A stretch of 64,000 nt of DNA from Rhodospirillales bacterium (lineage in GTDB: Bacteria; Pseudomonadota; Alphaproteobacteria; Bin95), in the NCBI GenBank assembly GCA_038143065.1, contig JAYQLI010000035.1, positions 832,001 through 896,000 on the forward strand. Direction: 5' to 3'. The translations under genes were made by a program, and so were the position numbers. Every line of letters begins with the position of its first letter. The stretch's first letter is position 1. Positions 11,761 through 22,880 of this stretch are shown here, piece after piece. The notes below the pieces were generated by a model. The model was not told where the DNA came from. It searched no databases and saw only the letters and a list, made by a program, of their open reading frames with translations.

Positions 11761-12660
11761 ATGCCATCGATCCAACCTCTAAACGCAAGTTTTGGCGCAG
11801 TCATTACCGACGTAAAATTAGGAAAATTAAATGATGAGGATTGGAAAAAAATTGAAGAGGCTTTTAACAAATACGGAGCACTCGTATTCCCCAACCAACA
11901 TACAACGGATGAAGAGCATATCGCCTTTGCCGAGCGTTTTGGACCTATAGAGTACCTGCGTGGCGAAGGCGAAAAAGCGGCTTGGATAAGCAATGTTAAT
12001 CCTGACGGTACTGTCATGGAAACCAAACAAAAGCGGTTTCAGGCCCTTCGTGGAAACGAAGGGTGGCACACGGACAGCTCTTACATGCCGCTTGCCGCCA
12101 AAGCCTCTGCTCTAGCTGCAATAAAAACGCCCCAAAAAGGCGGTGAAACTGAACTCGCAGATATGCGTGATGCCTACGATACACTTTCTGAGACGATGAA
12201 AGAAAAAATTGCGAGTCTATCTGCTTACCATTCCCTCTATCAAAGCCAAGCGAAAGCCGGATACAAATTCAATACGGGTGACGGATATGGGTATCATACA
12301 AAGGGTGCACCGCTGCGCCCTCTTGTGAAAACTCACCCAGAAACCGGCAGAAAGTCCCTCTTCATAGGGCGACATGCTTATAAAATACCAAATATGGCTG
12401 ATGCAGATGCTCAAGCTCTCTTGGATGAACTCCTAGATCACGCCTGCAAACCGCCAAGGGTTTATAAGCACCAGTGGCGCCCAGGAGACATTATGATATG
12501 GGATAATAGGTGCATACTGCATCGCGCCTGTCCCTATGAGTATGCCGAACCAAGGATCCTCCGGCATGTCCGAGTGGCTGGTGACCCACACACCGAAACG
12601 GCAGAAACAGGTCGAGACGATAGAGCTGATGACTTCGTACCCAGTTCTATGAATAACTGA
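11761..12660 (+). CDS. TauD/TfdA family Fe(II)/2-oxoglutarate dioxygenase
   Basis: WHTDSSY, HPETGRKSL, WDNRCILHRA. Confidence 0.92.
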   Translation: MPSIQPLNASFGAVITDVKLGKLNDEDWKKIEEAFNKYGALVFPNQHTTDEEHIAFAERFGPIEYLRGEGEKAAWISNVNPDGTVMETKQKRFQALRGNEGWHTDSSYMPLAAKASALAAIKTPQKGGETELADMRDAYDTLSETMKEKIASLSAYHSLYQSQAKAGYKFNTGDGYGYHTKGAPLRPLVKTHPETGRKSLFIGRHAYKIPNMADADAQALLDELLDHACKPPRVYKHQWRPGDIMIWDNRCILHRACPYEYAEPRILRHVRVAGDPHTETAETGRDDRADDFVPSSMNN

Positions 12661-12822
12661 ATAATTCTCGAAGCCTTTGATTGAATAGGGCAACGATTGT
12701 CATTTTGCTTGTGGCACTTGGCAGTATCTGGGTTCTAAAAAAACACCTCAGCAATCACCTCATAAAACCACACTGTTTTTTGTTCTCATCATAAACAGCC
12801 TACTTAGTTGCGCTTAGTTTTA

Positions 12823-14246
12823 TTAAAGTGCTGGACTAGAAAGAATTTCTGCGGGGATCGATCGTTTAAGATATTTCCCATCCGCTAGGTCTCCCAAAAA
12901 TCTGCCATCTTCAACCATAATTTTTCCACGAAGCATGGTTAGCACTGGCCATCCAGAAATCGCATGCCCTTCCCATGGACTATAATCCGCTTCATGCAGA
13001 TTTTCGGCTTTCACTTCTCCTCTAATGGAAGGATCAAATATACAAATGTCAGCATCGCTTCCTGCAGCGATAGCTCCCTTTTGCGGATACATTCCCATAA
13101 TTTTAGCGGCATTGGTGGAAATTTGGTCAACAAATTTGGTGAGAGAATAGCCCCGCTTAGTGACCATTTCGTCATACATCACACCTAGCCGAGGCTCTAC
13201 GCCAGCATTCCCGCCCGTTGTGTCATCTATGCGGTCGCCAATGGTCTTAATATTCAGGCTGCAACACACTTCATCTGTCGCTACACAATTGATTGAACCA
13301 TCTAGAGTACCAGCCCATAGGGCATCTTGATCCTGCTGAGATTTCAAAGAGGGATAAGTATGATAAATTTGACCATTGGGTCGTTTGTAATCCTCTTGGG
13401 TATAGAGCAGGTATTGGTGCAATGTTTCACCGTAAATTGGCTGTCCGTTAGCTCTAGCTTCTCTTATTGCTTGAACGCCAGTACCAGCACTTACATGCAT
13501 CATGTACAGAGGTGTTTTCTCTGACTCAGCTAATCTCAGCACACGCCGGAAAGATAAATCCTCTGACAATGCGTTATGTACTTCTGCTAAATTATGAAAA
13601 CTAACCCTACCCTCCGGATCAACTTTCCATACATGTGCATCACAATGTCATTATCTTCTGCATGGATAACCCCAAGACCACCCGCCTTCGAAAGTGTCTT
13701 AAACAGTTCCCAAAGGTCACCAAAATGGACAAGTCTGCCTGCACGGTTTGGGGTGATGTTTGTAGTAAATATTTTGACTGTTGGGTAACCATCACTAATC
13801 AGGGACGGCAACTCATCAAAAACCTCAGGTGGGATATCTCCCAAAAGCATTAAATGATACGCATAATCGCAATAACACTTATTGACCCATTGTTCATCAC
13901 GCTCAGCTACAACCTGCCTTAGTGGCTTAGGTTCCATACGCGCAGCAAAGTCCAATAATGTAGTTGTCCCTCCCCAAAGTGCTGCACGGCTAACAACTTC
14001 AGGAGGAGCACTGGTCATTGCGGAACCATCGGGAAGCGGCATATGCCAAGCGCAGTGAACATGAGGATCTATTCCACCAGGAATAACAATCTTACCCTCT
14101 GCATTTACCTCACGAGAGGCGCTGCCTGGTGGGATAGCGTTAGGCTGGGTTACCGCAGCAATCTTCTCACCTTTTATCGCGATATCAGAATTGCTTTCTC
14201 CTTGTGGCGTTACAGCAATGCCCCCGCGAATAACCGTATCAAACAT
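12823..14246 (-). CDS. Dihydropyrimidinase/hydantoinase-like amidohydrolase (frameshift near 13610)
   Basis: PGGIDPHVH, GGTTT, IHAED, MHVS, KGAIAAGSDAD. Confidence 0.87.
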
Positions 14247-14260
14247 CTCACCCTCCACCC

Positions 14261-15250
14261 TTAATTAGGTGCTAAATTCAATTCTTTAGCCAAGCTTACT
14301 TCTTCATTTAATAAACTGAGCAACGCATCTGAAAACTCGAGACTCAAATCTTCGCCAATCAACGTTAAGGATGTCCCAGTTTCTTTATTTGGCCAAGTAT
14401 CTAACCATCCCAGAGGATGGAAAATATTCTGTACGCCATGAATGACCCCTGGAGTGTCCGGGACTTCCAAAATCTGAACAAGGCCCTTCACACGCAATAA
14501 GCGGGGACCGTAAACTTCCGCAAGTGCCTCAAAAAAAAGTGGCAAAGCAGCCGCGTGTACCGGCTCTGAACGCCGCAGGGTTATCACATCTGTATGGCCA
14601 TGAATGTGTGATTGCTCTAACCAATTATGATCTCGATTGCGCGTATCGGTATCTGAAAGAAGAAACATGGGGTCTATTTCCCCAAATGACGCTGCCTTTA
14701 CCTCTGCAACTGAATTCAATGCATGAATGTTGCCAACAATCTGCTCGGTAGCACATGCATCCGCTAAGTCAGCCTTTGTAATAATAATTCCGTCAGCACA
14801 TGCCGCCTGCCGCCTGGCTTCCTCTCGATGTTTCAAAGTTTCTCCGCCTAAAACGGCATCAAACGTTGTTACAACACGCTTCAGCATTACTCCTTCAGCG
14901 AGTATGGGATCTATTAAGAAAGACTGAAGAATTGGAATGGGGTCAGCCAAACCCGTAGTTTCAACAATTATTTGATCAAATGAAATTTGCCCCAACCGTC
15001 GACGCGCCAATAAATCTCCAACGGTCCGAGATAAATCTCCTCGTGCCACGCAACAGAGGCACCCAGTCGTTAAAGCGATGAGATCCTCTTCACTTGTCTC
15101 AATTAGTTGATGGTCTAAACCAACCTCTCCAAACTCGTTTATGATCACTGCAGTTCTTCCAAGCTCAGGTCGCTTCAACAATGAACTCAAAATTGTTGTT
15201 TTTCCGCTACCCAGAAAGCCCGTGAGTACACTAATTGGAACCCGTATCAC
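14261..15250 (-). CDS. CobW/COG0523 family GTPase metallochaperone
   Basis: TGFLGSGKTT, INEFGEVGLD, GCLCC, ETTGLADP, RLLRVKG. Confidence 0.92.
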   Translation of the reverse strand: MIRVPISVLTGFLGSGKTTILSSLLKRPELGRTAVIINEFGEVGLDHQLIETSEEDLIALTTGCLCCVARGDLSRTVGDLLARRRLGQISFDQIIVETTGLADPIPILQSFLIDPILAEGVMLKRVVTTFDAVLGGETLKHREEARRQAACADGIIITKADLADACATEQIVGNIHALNSVAEVKAASFGEIDPMFLLSDTDTRNRDHNWLEQSHIHGHTDVITLRRSEPVHAAALPLFFEALAEVYGPRLLRVKGLVQILEVPDTPGVIHGVQNIFHPLGWLDTWPNKETGTSLTLIGEDLSLEFSDALLSLLNEEVSLAKELNLAPN

Positions 15251-15558
15251 GTCTCCGCCCTCCGGTCTGATGCAAACAGAACGCGGCCAGCTGGTTTATT
15301 AGGAGCTAACAGAGCAGCCAATGAACGAATTGCCCCTTGAGCCGAAGAGTGTCTTCGCTTTTGAGAAACCTCCGTGGAGATACTCCAAACTATTCCCAAA
15401 TCCATACGCTCGCGTGAAACAAAAATTGTTTTCTGACCAGTGCGATGAATTGCTGCCTCACTGCTCAAAGCACCGAGTGATGTCACCACTTCCGCCTCTA
15501 CGTCTAACGCCGCGCAAAGACCTTTAAGAAAACGTTTTAATTCAGCAGCTGTATCCAT
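15247..15558 (-). CDS. Hypothetical protein (about 103 aa) overlapping the CobW start
   Basis: Open frame fills the gap between valS and cobW; 4-nt stop/start overlap (GTGA). Confidence 0.6.
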   Translation of the reverse strand: MDTAAELKRFLKGLCAALDVEAEVVTSLGALSSEAAIHRTGQKTIFVSRERMDLGIVWSISTEVSQKRRHSSAQGAIRSLAALLAPNKPAGRVLFASDRRAET

Positions 15559-15676
15559 GTTCGTTAGATTGAACCGGAGTATAAGCCCCCGCAACCCCAA
15601 GAAATGGAAATTGGAACCTGCAAGGATTTTCTACAACGCGTTCATGGCGTTGCAACGGCAACAGCCTCTAAAAAAA

Positions 15677-18322
15677 TTAGGCCTCAGCAAGCCGCTTAAG
15701 AGCCATTTCCAACTTATTCCGCTGGAGTTCTACAGACGCCAAACGTTCTCGATTTTCCTCAACCACCTCCGGTGGAGCCTTGGAGGTGAAGTTAGCATTA
15801 GACAACCGCTTTTTAATACCGTCGGCTTCCTTGGAAATTTTTTTCTATTTCCTTAGTTAAGCGCCCCGTCTCCTCTTTGAGGTCAATAACATCACCGATG
15901 GGTAGCGCAATCGTAGCCTCGTCTACAACAAGCTGAACTGCTCCTGCGGGGGCTGCTTCACCAAAAACCACATTAGTTAATCGAGCCAATCTTTTTACAG
16001 GTTCTTCGTTTCTTGAAAACCGCTCTCTGGTCTCTTCTGATGCGCCCTGCACGAAGGCTTCAATTCTCGCTCCAGGGGGAACATTGCACTCAGCACGAAC
16101 CGCCCGGATTTGAGACACAAAGCGGATTGCCCAATCAATTTCGGACTCCGCCTCAGGCGCTGCAAAATGAGGTTCGCAGCGGGCCAGCTCGCTGTGACTA
16201 GTTGGCCATCCAACAATTTCCGCTTTGACGCAATTTCTTCCGTCAAAAAAGGCATGATTGGATGGAGAAGATGCATCAGTCTTGAGAGCGTCCATGCAAT
16301 GACTGTTCGCGTTTCTGCAGCAGCATCTCTATCTTCCCCCGAAAGTATCGGCTTCGCAAATTCGAGCTGCCAATCACAGAATGTTCCCCAGGCAAATTGA
16401 TAGAGAGCCGACGCAGCATCATTAAAACGGTAATTTTCAAGTGCAACCGAAATATCATCACGGAGGGCCGCTGTCTTAGCCACAATCCACTGATTTAACG
16501 TTACCTTGCATGATGACGGGTCAAATTGTGCGTCAAACTCGCATGAATGCAATTCAGAAAACCGCGCTGCATTCCACAGCTTTGTTGCAAAATTTCGATA
16601 GCCTTCAACCCTACTTGCAGCAAGCTTGATGTCTCTGCCCTGAGCCGCCATCGCAGTCAGAGTAAACCTCACAGCGTCCGCACCAAATTTATCCATTAGT
16701 TCAAGGGGATCAATGACATTCCCTTTGGACTTGGACATTTTCTGTCCCTTTTCATCACGGACGAGCGCATGGATATAGACTGTGCGGAAAGGCACATCGT
16801 CCATAAAATGAAGCCCCATCATCATCATCCGAGCCACCCAGAAAAAGATGATGTCAAAACCCGTAACCAAAACATCGCCTGGATAATATTTTGCCAACTC
16901 GGGGGTATTCTCAGGCCACCCTATCGTTGAGAACGGCCATAGCGCAGATGAAAACCATGTATCTAGTACATCTGGATCCTGCTGCAGCGCATGATCTTCT
17001 CCATAGTGGGCGCGAGCCTTAGCCTTTGCTACGTCCTCATTTTCAGCAACGAAAATCTCACCATTAGGCCCATACCAAGCAGGTATCCGATGCCCCCACC
17101 ATAGCTGACGTGAAATGCACCAAGGTTGGATATTGCGCATCCACTCAAAATACGTCTTCGACCAATTCTCTGGAACAAACTTAGTCTTTCCGGTCTCGAC
17201 TGCCTCTATAGCCGGCTTTGCGAGCGTTTCGGCATCAACGTACCATTGCTCAGTTAAATACGGCTCGATCGGAACTCCTCCACGATCCCCATAAGGAACC
17301 ATATGAAGATGATCCTCTATCTTGTCGAGCAGCCCCTCTATTTCTAAATCTGCGATAATAGCTTTGCGCGCATCAAAACGATCCAACCCCTGATATTTAG
17401 ATGGCGCATTTTCATTTATTCGGCCTTGACGATCGAGAATGTTAATTATCTCGAGTTTTTGCCGACGGCCTACATCAAAGTCATTGAAATCATGGGCTGG
17501 TGTAATTTTTACAGCCCCAGAACCAGCTTCCGGATCCGCATAATCGTCCCCCACAATCGGTATCAAGCGACCGACCAACGGTAATCTGCAATTTTTTCCG
17601 ATAAGATGCTTGTAACGTTCATCGTCTGGATGAACAGCAACACCAGTATCACCCAACATTGTCTCTGGGCGGGTCGTTGCAACGATTATATGGCCAGACC
17701 CATCCTCTAAAGGATATTTTAAATGCCAGAGCTTACCATTTGTCTCTGTTGGTTGAACTTCGAGATCAGAAATAGCAGTTTCTAATTTCGGATCCCAATT
17801 AACCAATCGCTGGTCTTTATAAATCAGCCCTTGATCATAAAGCTCAATAAAAACTTTACGGACAGCTGCAGAAAGCCCTTCATCCATCGTAAAGCGCTCA
17901 CGTGGCCAATCAGCCGAAGCACCAAGTCTGTGAAGCTGCGTCAAGATTGTACCGCCGGATTCCTCTTTCCACTGCCAAACCCGATCTAAAAATCTTTCTC
18001 TTCCCAAATCTCGGCGGCTAGTACCCTCTTCACCAAGCATCCGCTCAACAACCATCTGCGTGGCAATGCCAGCGTGGTCGGTTCCTGGTTGCCATAGGGT
18101 ATCTTTCCCAGACATTCTGGCATAACGGATCAATACGTCCTGTAAGGTGAAAGTGAGCGCATGCCCCATATGCAGACTACCCGTCACATTGGGAGGTGGC
18201 ATCATTATGACATAAGGATCTGCTGAACTACTGGGATCAGCGCCAAATGCTTTGGATTTTTGCCAAGCTTCAAACAATAAAGCTTCAGAAGCCTTTGGTT
18301 CATAAGTCTTTGCTAAGGTCAT
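15677..18322 (-). CDS. valS: Valine--tRNA ligase (two frameshifts near 16170 and 15840)
   Basis: [29 protein letters not shown]; C-terminal coiled coil ends ..[11 protein letters not shown]. Confidence 0.96.
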
Positions 18323-18397
18323 AATTTTAATGCACCGTTTTCACCAATACACCAGATAGGTGCTGGATTACTTCAGAGTCAAAATCTTCCTCGGATA

Positions 18398-18962
18398 CTA
18401 ATCGTTCTTGGAACGAATACGTTCGATTTCCTGCCGCACGAGTGCTTCAACCATATTAGGCAAGTTGGAATCAAGCCATTGTTTAAGCATGGGGCGTAAA
18501 AGCTCTTTCACCAGATCTTCGACCGAACTATTCTGACCAGCCTGGCGTTCTTGTTCGTTATTAGCATTTCTAAGTACTGCAAGTGCGGCCGATGATAGGG
18601 CAGCTGTGCTAGATGAGAGCAGCCCCTCACCAAGATCTACTTTTTTGTCACCCTCGTTTCCGTGAGCCTCCGCAGAAGATGAAGAAGCCTTGCTTTTCTC
18701 ACCATCGCTGAAATTAACTGTGTCCTGAGCACTTGCAGAAGCTGCTGTGGCATTTTCATCTGAACCACCCAATTTTTCATCGCCTTCATCCGGCAAAGGA
18801 TTGGACAGCTCAAGAATGTCATCAAAATCAATTGACTCTTCGCTGACGTCATCTGCATTGGCGGTTTGTAGACGAACTATCCTCCTCAGAAATTATTTTT
18901 CTGATTGAAGCAAGAATCTCTTCTACTGATTGTTCGTTTTCAGAGTCCCTGGTGCTACTCAT
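18398..18962 (-). CDS. popZ: Polar organizing protein PopZ (DUF2497), frameshift near 18860
   Basis: Manually read N-terminus MSSTRDSENEQSVEEILASIRKIISEED, an acidic linker, and C-terminal VEDLVKELLRPMLKQWLDSNLP..VRQEIERI; tolC-popZ-valS synteny. Confidence 0.88.
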
Positions 18963-18998
18963 ATAATACTGCTCTCCACCTCTCCAACCTTACAATCT

Positions 18999-20370
18999 CT
19001 AATTTTGCAGATTGGTGCCGAAAGCCCGGTTTTGCACTGCTTTTAAATGTTGATCAGGATCGTATGTCGGTACATCGAGCGTTAAATCGGCAGCTGATAA
19101 ACCACCAACGGCCTTATGCAAAGTTAAAATTGCAACATACTCATCGCGGCTTGCTTTCACCGTGTTCACCCGAGAATCAAGCAAATCCTGCTCTGCATCC
19201 AAGATATCTAGAACTGTCCGTGTACCAACTAAAGCTTCTTGCTGCACACCCTCTAACGCTATCTCATTTGCGCGTATTTCCGTTTCCAGCGACTTAATGC
19301 GAGATCGCGTTGCCGCCAGTTGTTCCCATCCCTTAGTGGCTTCTTCAATTGATTGACGGCGAGCGTCTTCAACCTGAAGTAGTTTTTGTGATTGCGATTG
19401 CTTGGCTGCACGCACTCGGCTTGAAACTGATCCAGATTGGTAGAGAGGAACGGAAACTTTAAAAATAGCCTTTGCACTCAATGTTGAATCAACTGCGCGG
19501 CTCGTTTCAAAAGATTGCTGAACTTCCCCGTTAAGCGACACTATCGGGGATAATTCACCCAAAACTAAATCAATAGAATGGCGAGCCGACTCATGAACAC
19601 TAAGAGCGTTGCGCACATTTGGGTTATTTTTTAGAAGCTCTTTCTAATGCCACCTGCAAATTTTGTGGTGTGCCAGAAATAGAACCTGGCTGGGTTAAAT
19701 TTAAGGGCGGCTCCCCAACTTGCCGAGCATATGAAGCGCGGGAGACTTCAAGATTTCCAAATGCTGTTTGCCGATCCGCCCGCGCACGAGCAAGGCGCGC
19801 CTCCGCTTGCGCGACGTCTGTGCGAGTAACCTCACCAACGCTGAAGCGGTCTTTGTAGCCTCAAGCTGACGCTCTAATACTTTAATGTTGTTTTCATTAA
19901 GCTCAAGAACTGCCTGATCACGAAGTACATCCATGTAGGCCGTACCCACCGCCAGAAGCACCTCCTGCTCTTTCTTGTCTAATAAAGCACGCGCAGCCTG
20001 TACCTCAGCGGTTGCACGTTTTACATCGGCGTCCGTGCGCCCTCCGCGGTAAATTGGTTGCGAAGCTTCGGTAAGGATAGCCGTTGGCATGATTGTATCA
20101 GAGCCACTGCCATTAGACTTAAGATCCTGATCGATATATTGCGCCCCAGAGCTTGCCGATGCTGAAATTGTTGGCCGCAAACCTGCTTTGGCCTGCGCAA
20201 CACCTTCGTCAATTGAGCGGAGACGTGCCCGCTCTGCAGCTAACGCTGGATTAGTTGAGTAGGCTTTAGCCCATGCTTCTTTCAAGCTTTCGGATGAAGA
20301 AATGCTGGGAACCATGAGCGCCGATATTGAAAACCGCTGCAGCGCAAAGAACTTTTAATTTTTTTGTCAT
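18999..20370 (-). CDS. tolC: TolC family outer membrane channel (several frameshifts)
   Basis: NPALAAERARLR, AYMDVLRDQA, VGTRTVLDILDAEQ; signal peptide MTKKLKVLCAAA. Confidence 0.9.
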
Positions 20371-20392
20371 TTTGCTTATCGGCTCCATTAGG

Positions 20393-21055
20393 TCAAAAAC
20401 TAAATTCTGGTGCCGACGCAAAACCAGGCAATACGGGAGTCGTTCCATCAAATACCTCGCGCCGAGCAATTGAGTCACCGCGCTTGAGATACAGACCACC
20501 ACGCTGCACATTAGACGCTCCCGTTTCCATCGCAACTAAACGACCCCCCTCGGCCAGCTGCGCTAAAAGGGTATTCGGCCTGCCGTCAACAGCACCCTCA
20601 ACAAAAATAACGTCGTAGGGTGCCTGACCGGCCCAACCTTTGGTCAATTCACCATTCTCAATAACAACGGTGTCCGATGCTCCATCTATACCAGCCATAG
20701 CAACAGCAGCGGCAGCGGCTAAATCCTCATCTTCCTCAAGTGCCACAACCGCACTAGCTAAAGACGCCAAGACAGCGGCTCCGTAGCCCATCCCGGCACC
20801 AACAACGAGAACAAGGTCACTATTGCGAACATCAGCAAGCTGAGACAAACGAGCGAATAACATCGGCTCCATCAACCACCGGTTAGCTGATATTTGCAGT
20901 GCCTCGTCAGCGTATGCAACTGACCTCTTAGCTAAAGGCACAAAGCGCTCTCGCTCAACCCGACGCATAACCTCGGTCAGACGCTCATCAACAACTTTAT
21001 TTGCACGCAACTGGTTCTCGACCATCTTATCGCGCGCACTTTCATTAACCGCCAT
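20393..21055 (-). CDS. pcm: Protein-L-isoaspartate O-methyltransferase family
   Basis: RDKMVENQLR, VVGAGMGY SAM motif, APYDVIFVEGAV; upstream of tolC. Confidence 0.88.
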   Translation of the reverse strand: MAVNESARDKMVENQLRANKVVDERLTEVMRRVERERFVPLAKRSVAYADEALQISANRWLMEPMLFARLSQLADVRNSDLVLVVGAGMGYGAAVLASLASAVVALEEDEDLAAAAAVAMAGIDGASDTVVIENGELTKGWAGQAPYDVIFVEGAVDGRPNTLLAQLAEGGRLVAMETGASNVQRGGLYLKRGDSIARREVFDGTTPVLPGFASAPEFSF

Positions 21056-21191
21056 CTTCGGCGCCCCATCTTCTAGAAACAAAAATCATCTTCCACAGTA
21101 CTCTCGAAAGCTTAATTTCAAAAGCATGATTTAACGTGCCACTTGACCGATAGCTAGCCTCCCCCTATCTATCCGCGCCTATTGGTTAAAA

Positions 21192-21265
21192 GGTGCGGTG
21201 GCAGAGTGGTGATGCAGAGGCCTGCAAAGCCTTGTACAGCGGTTCGATTCCGCTCCGCACCTCCA
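21192..21265 (+). tRNA. tRNA-Cys(GCA)
   Basis: Cloverleaf GGTGCGG..GAGGC-CTGCAAA-GCCTT..GGTTCGATTCC..CCGCACC-TCCA. Confidence 0.96.
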
Positions 21266-21352
21266 ATAGCCAATATGACGCTAAAATTCGTTAAAAAACC
21301 ATAGTTAAAGGTCTCGCCACACGAATAACACACTGCTATATATGTGTCATAT

Positions 21353-21427
21353 TCCGCGGTAGCTCAGTGGTAGAGCAATCGGCTGTTAACCGATCGGCCG
21401 TAGGTTCGAATCCTACCCGCGGAGCCA
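21353..21427 (+). tRNA. tRNA-Asn(GTT)
   Basis: TCCGCGG TAGCTCAGTGGTAGAGC ATCGG-CTGTTAA-CCGAT GGTTCGAATCC CCGCGGA-GCCA. Confidence 0.97.
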
Positions 21428-21435
21428 TTATTTAG

Positions 21436-21465
21436 GGCTCGGCTTTCCCTTGTGGGTGCCGAGCC
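21436..21465 (+). terminator. Hairpin after tRNA-Asn
   Basis: GGCTCGGC / GCCGAGCC inverted repeat; weak U-tract. Confidence 0.55.
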
Positions 21466-21626
21466 TTCACATTCTACATTCTCTTATTTAGAATCCCCGA
21501 GCTAAAACAAAAATTCAAAGTCCTATAATTTTCCTTACAGGGTCTGATTTTTTAAATACGTTTACGATCTTAATTGACATCTAAGATGAATGCATTTTGT
21601 CTGTGCAATAGTTAGGAGCAGAGACA

Positions 21627-22775
21627 GTGCACCATGCAGAACAAATAATTCAGGCTAAGAGAATTTTTACTATGATCGACGAAGGCAAAACGTCGATGGC
21701 CGACAAACTTTACCAAAATCCAGTGGATGACTACATCTGCGAAAACCAAGCCTTGAAAGAATGGGAAAAATTATTTCTTGGAAAACCAATTGTCTTAGCC
21801 GCTTCAGCGCAATTAACGACACCTAACAGTTTCTTAACACATGATTTATCTGGTCTGCCTTTGCTACTAACGCGGGATAACCACGGCATAGTTCACTGCT
21901 TCTTCAACGTCTGCAGGCACAGAGGCGCCCGGGTAGCAAACGGAACCGGAACAGCAAAACGTTTTGTTTGCCCATACCATGCCTGGACTTTTGGAAATGA
22001 TGGAAGTTTGATCGCCCGCCCTGATGAGGGTTCTTTCTGTTCGTCTAGCCGGGATAATTTTCAGTTAACAGAATTACCCGTAGTCGAACGCTACGGACTA
22101 ATTTTCGGGGGACTGAAAGTGGACACCATCTTAGATGTTGATGCCGCACTAGACACTCTAGGTCCCGAAATTGGTTCCTACGAAATTGCAAATTTCGAAC
22201 ATTTTGAAACTTATGATTCTGAATGGAATTTGAATTGGAAATTAGCCATCGACACGTTTCTTGAGTCGTACCACTTCAATGTCCTTCACCATAAGTCAAT
22301 TCACCCAATTTTCTATCCAAATCTAGGTGCTTTTGACGGCTTTGATGACAATCTACGATTGTTTTTTATACGGCGAAGCATCAACGAGATGCGGAATTTG
22401 CCAGAAGACGAATGGAAGCTAGTCCCACATATTGCCGGAGTATATGTACTTTTCCCTAACACTGTTTTTGTGTGGCAAGGAGAACATGCAGAACTTTGGC
22501 ATGCATTCCCAATTGGAACAGGCCGATGTCGCTTAAGGGTAACAATGCTTGTCCCAAAGGCATCAAATAATGGAAGAACTGCAGAACACTGGAACCGTAA
22601 CTTGAAACTGCTACTGCGTACGGTAGAGGAGGAAGATTTCCCTGTAGGCCAAGGAATACAAAGAAGCTTTCGCTCAGGGGCACAATCTAGTATCACATTT
22701 GGCCAGAATGAGCCCGCGCTGCAACATTTTCATAAAGCCATAAAGCGATCACTTGGACTTAAAACTCCAAGCTAA
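21627..22775 (+). CDS. Rieske aromatic ring-hydroxylating oxygenase, alpha subunit
   Basis: CRHRG..CPYHAW Rieske motif; ESYH..LH and EEDF mononuclear Fe ligands. Confidence 0.92.
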   Translation: MHHAEQIIQAKRIFTMIDEGKTSMADKLYQNPVDDYICENQALKEWEKLFLGKPIVLAASAQLTTPNSFLTHDLSGLPLLLTRDNHGIVHCFFNVCRHRGARVANGTGTAKRFVCPYHAWTFGNDGSLIARPDEGSFCSSSRDNFQLTELPVVERYGLIFGGLKVDTILDVDAALDTLGPEIGSYEIANFEHFETYDSEWNLNWKLAIDTFLESYHFNVLHHKSIHPIFYPNLGAFDGFDDNLRLFFIRRSINEMRNLPEDEWKLVPHIAGVYVLFPNTVFVWQGEHAELWHAFPIGTGRCRLRVTMLVPKASNNGRTAEHWNRNLKLLLRTVEEEDFPVGQGIQRSFRSGAQSSITFGQNEPALQHFHKAIKRSLGLKTPS

Positions 22776-22880
22776 TTTCATTAAAATAAATTAGTTTTAA
22801 CAGTATGTTACATTTGTTTTCCAACTAAACTTTTTACTATTCTGGCAACTTTTCATAAAGTTGTGCTCGACCAGACACAC

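Noticed and set aside
21192-21265. tRNA as possible tRNA-Sec or UGA suppressor
   Set aside because: The anticodon is GCA, the length is 74 nt and the variable loop is short: an ordinary tRNA-Cys.
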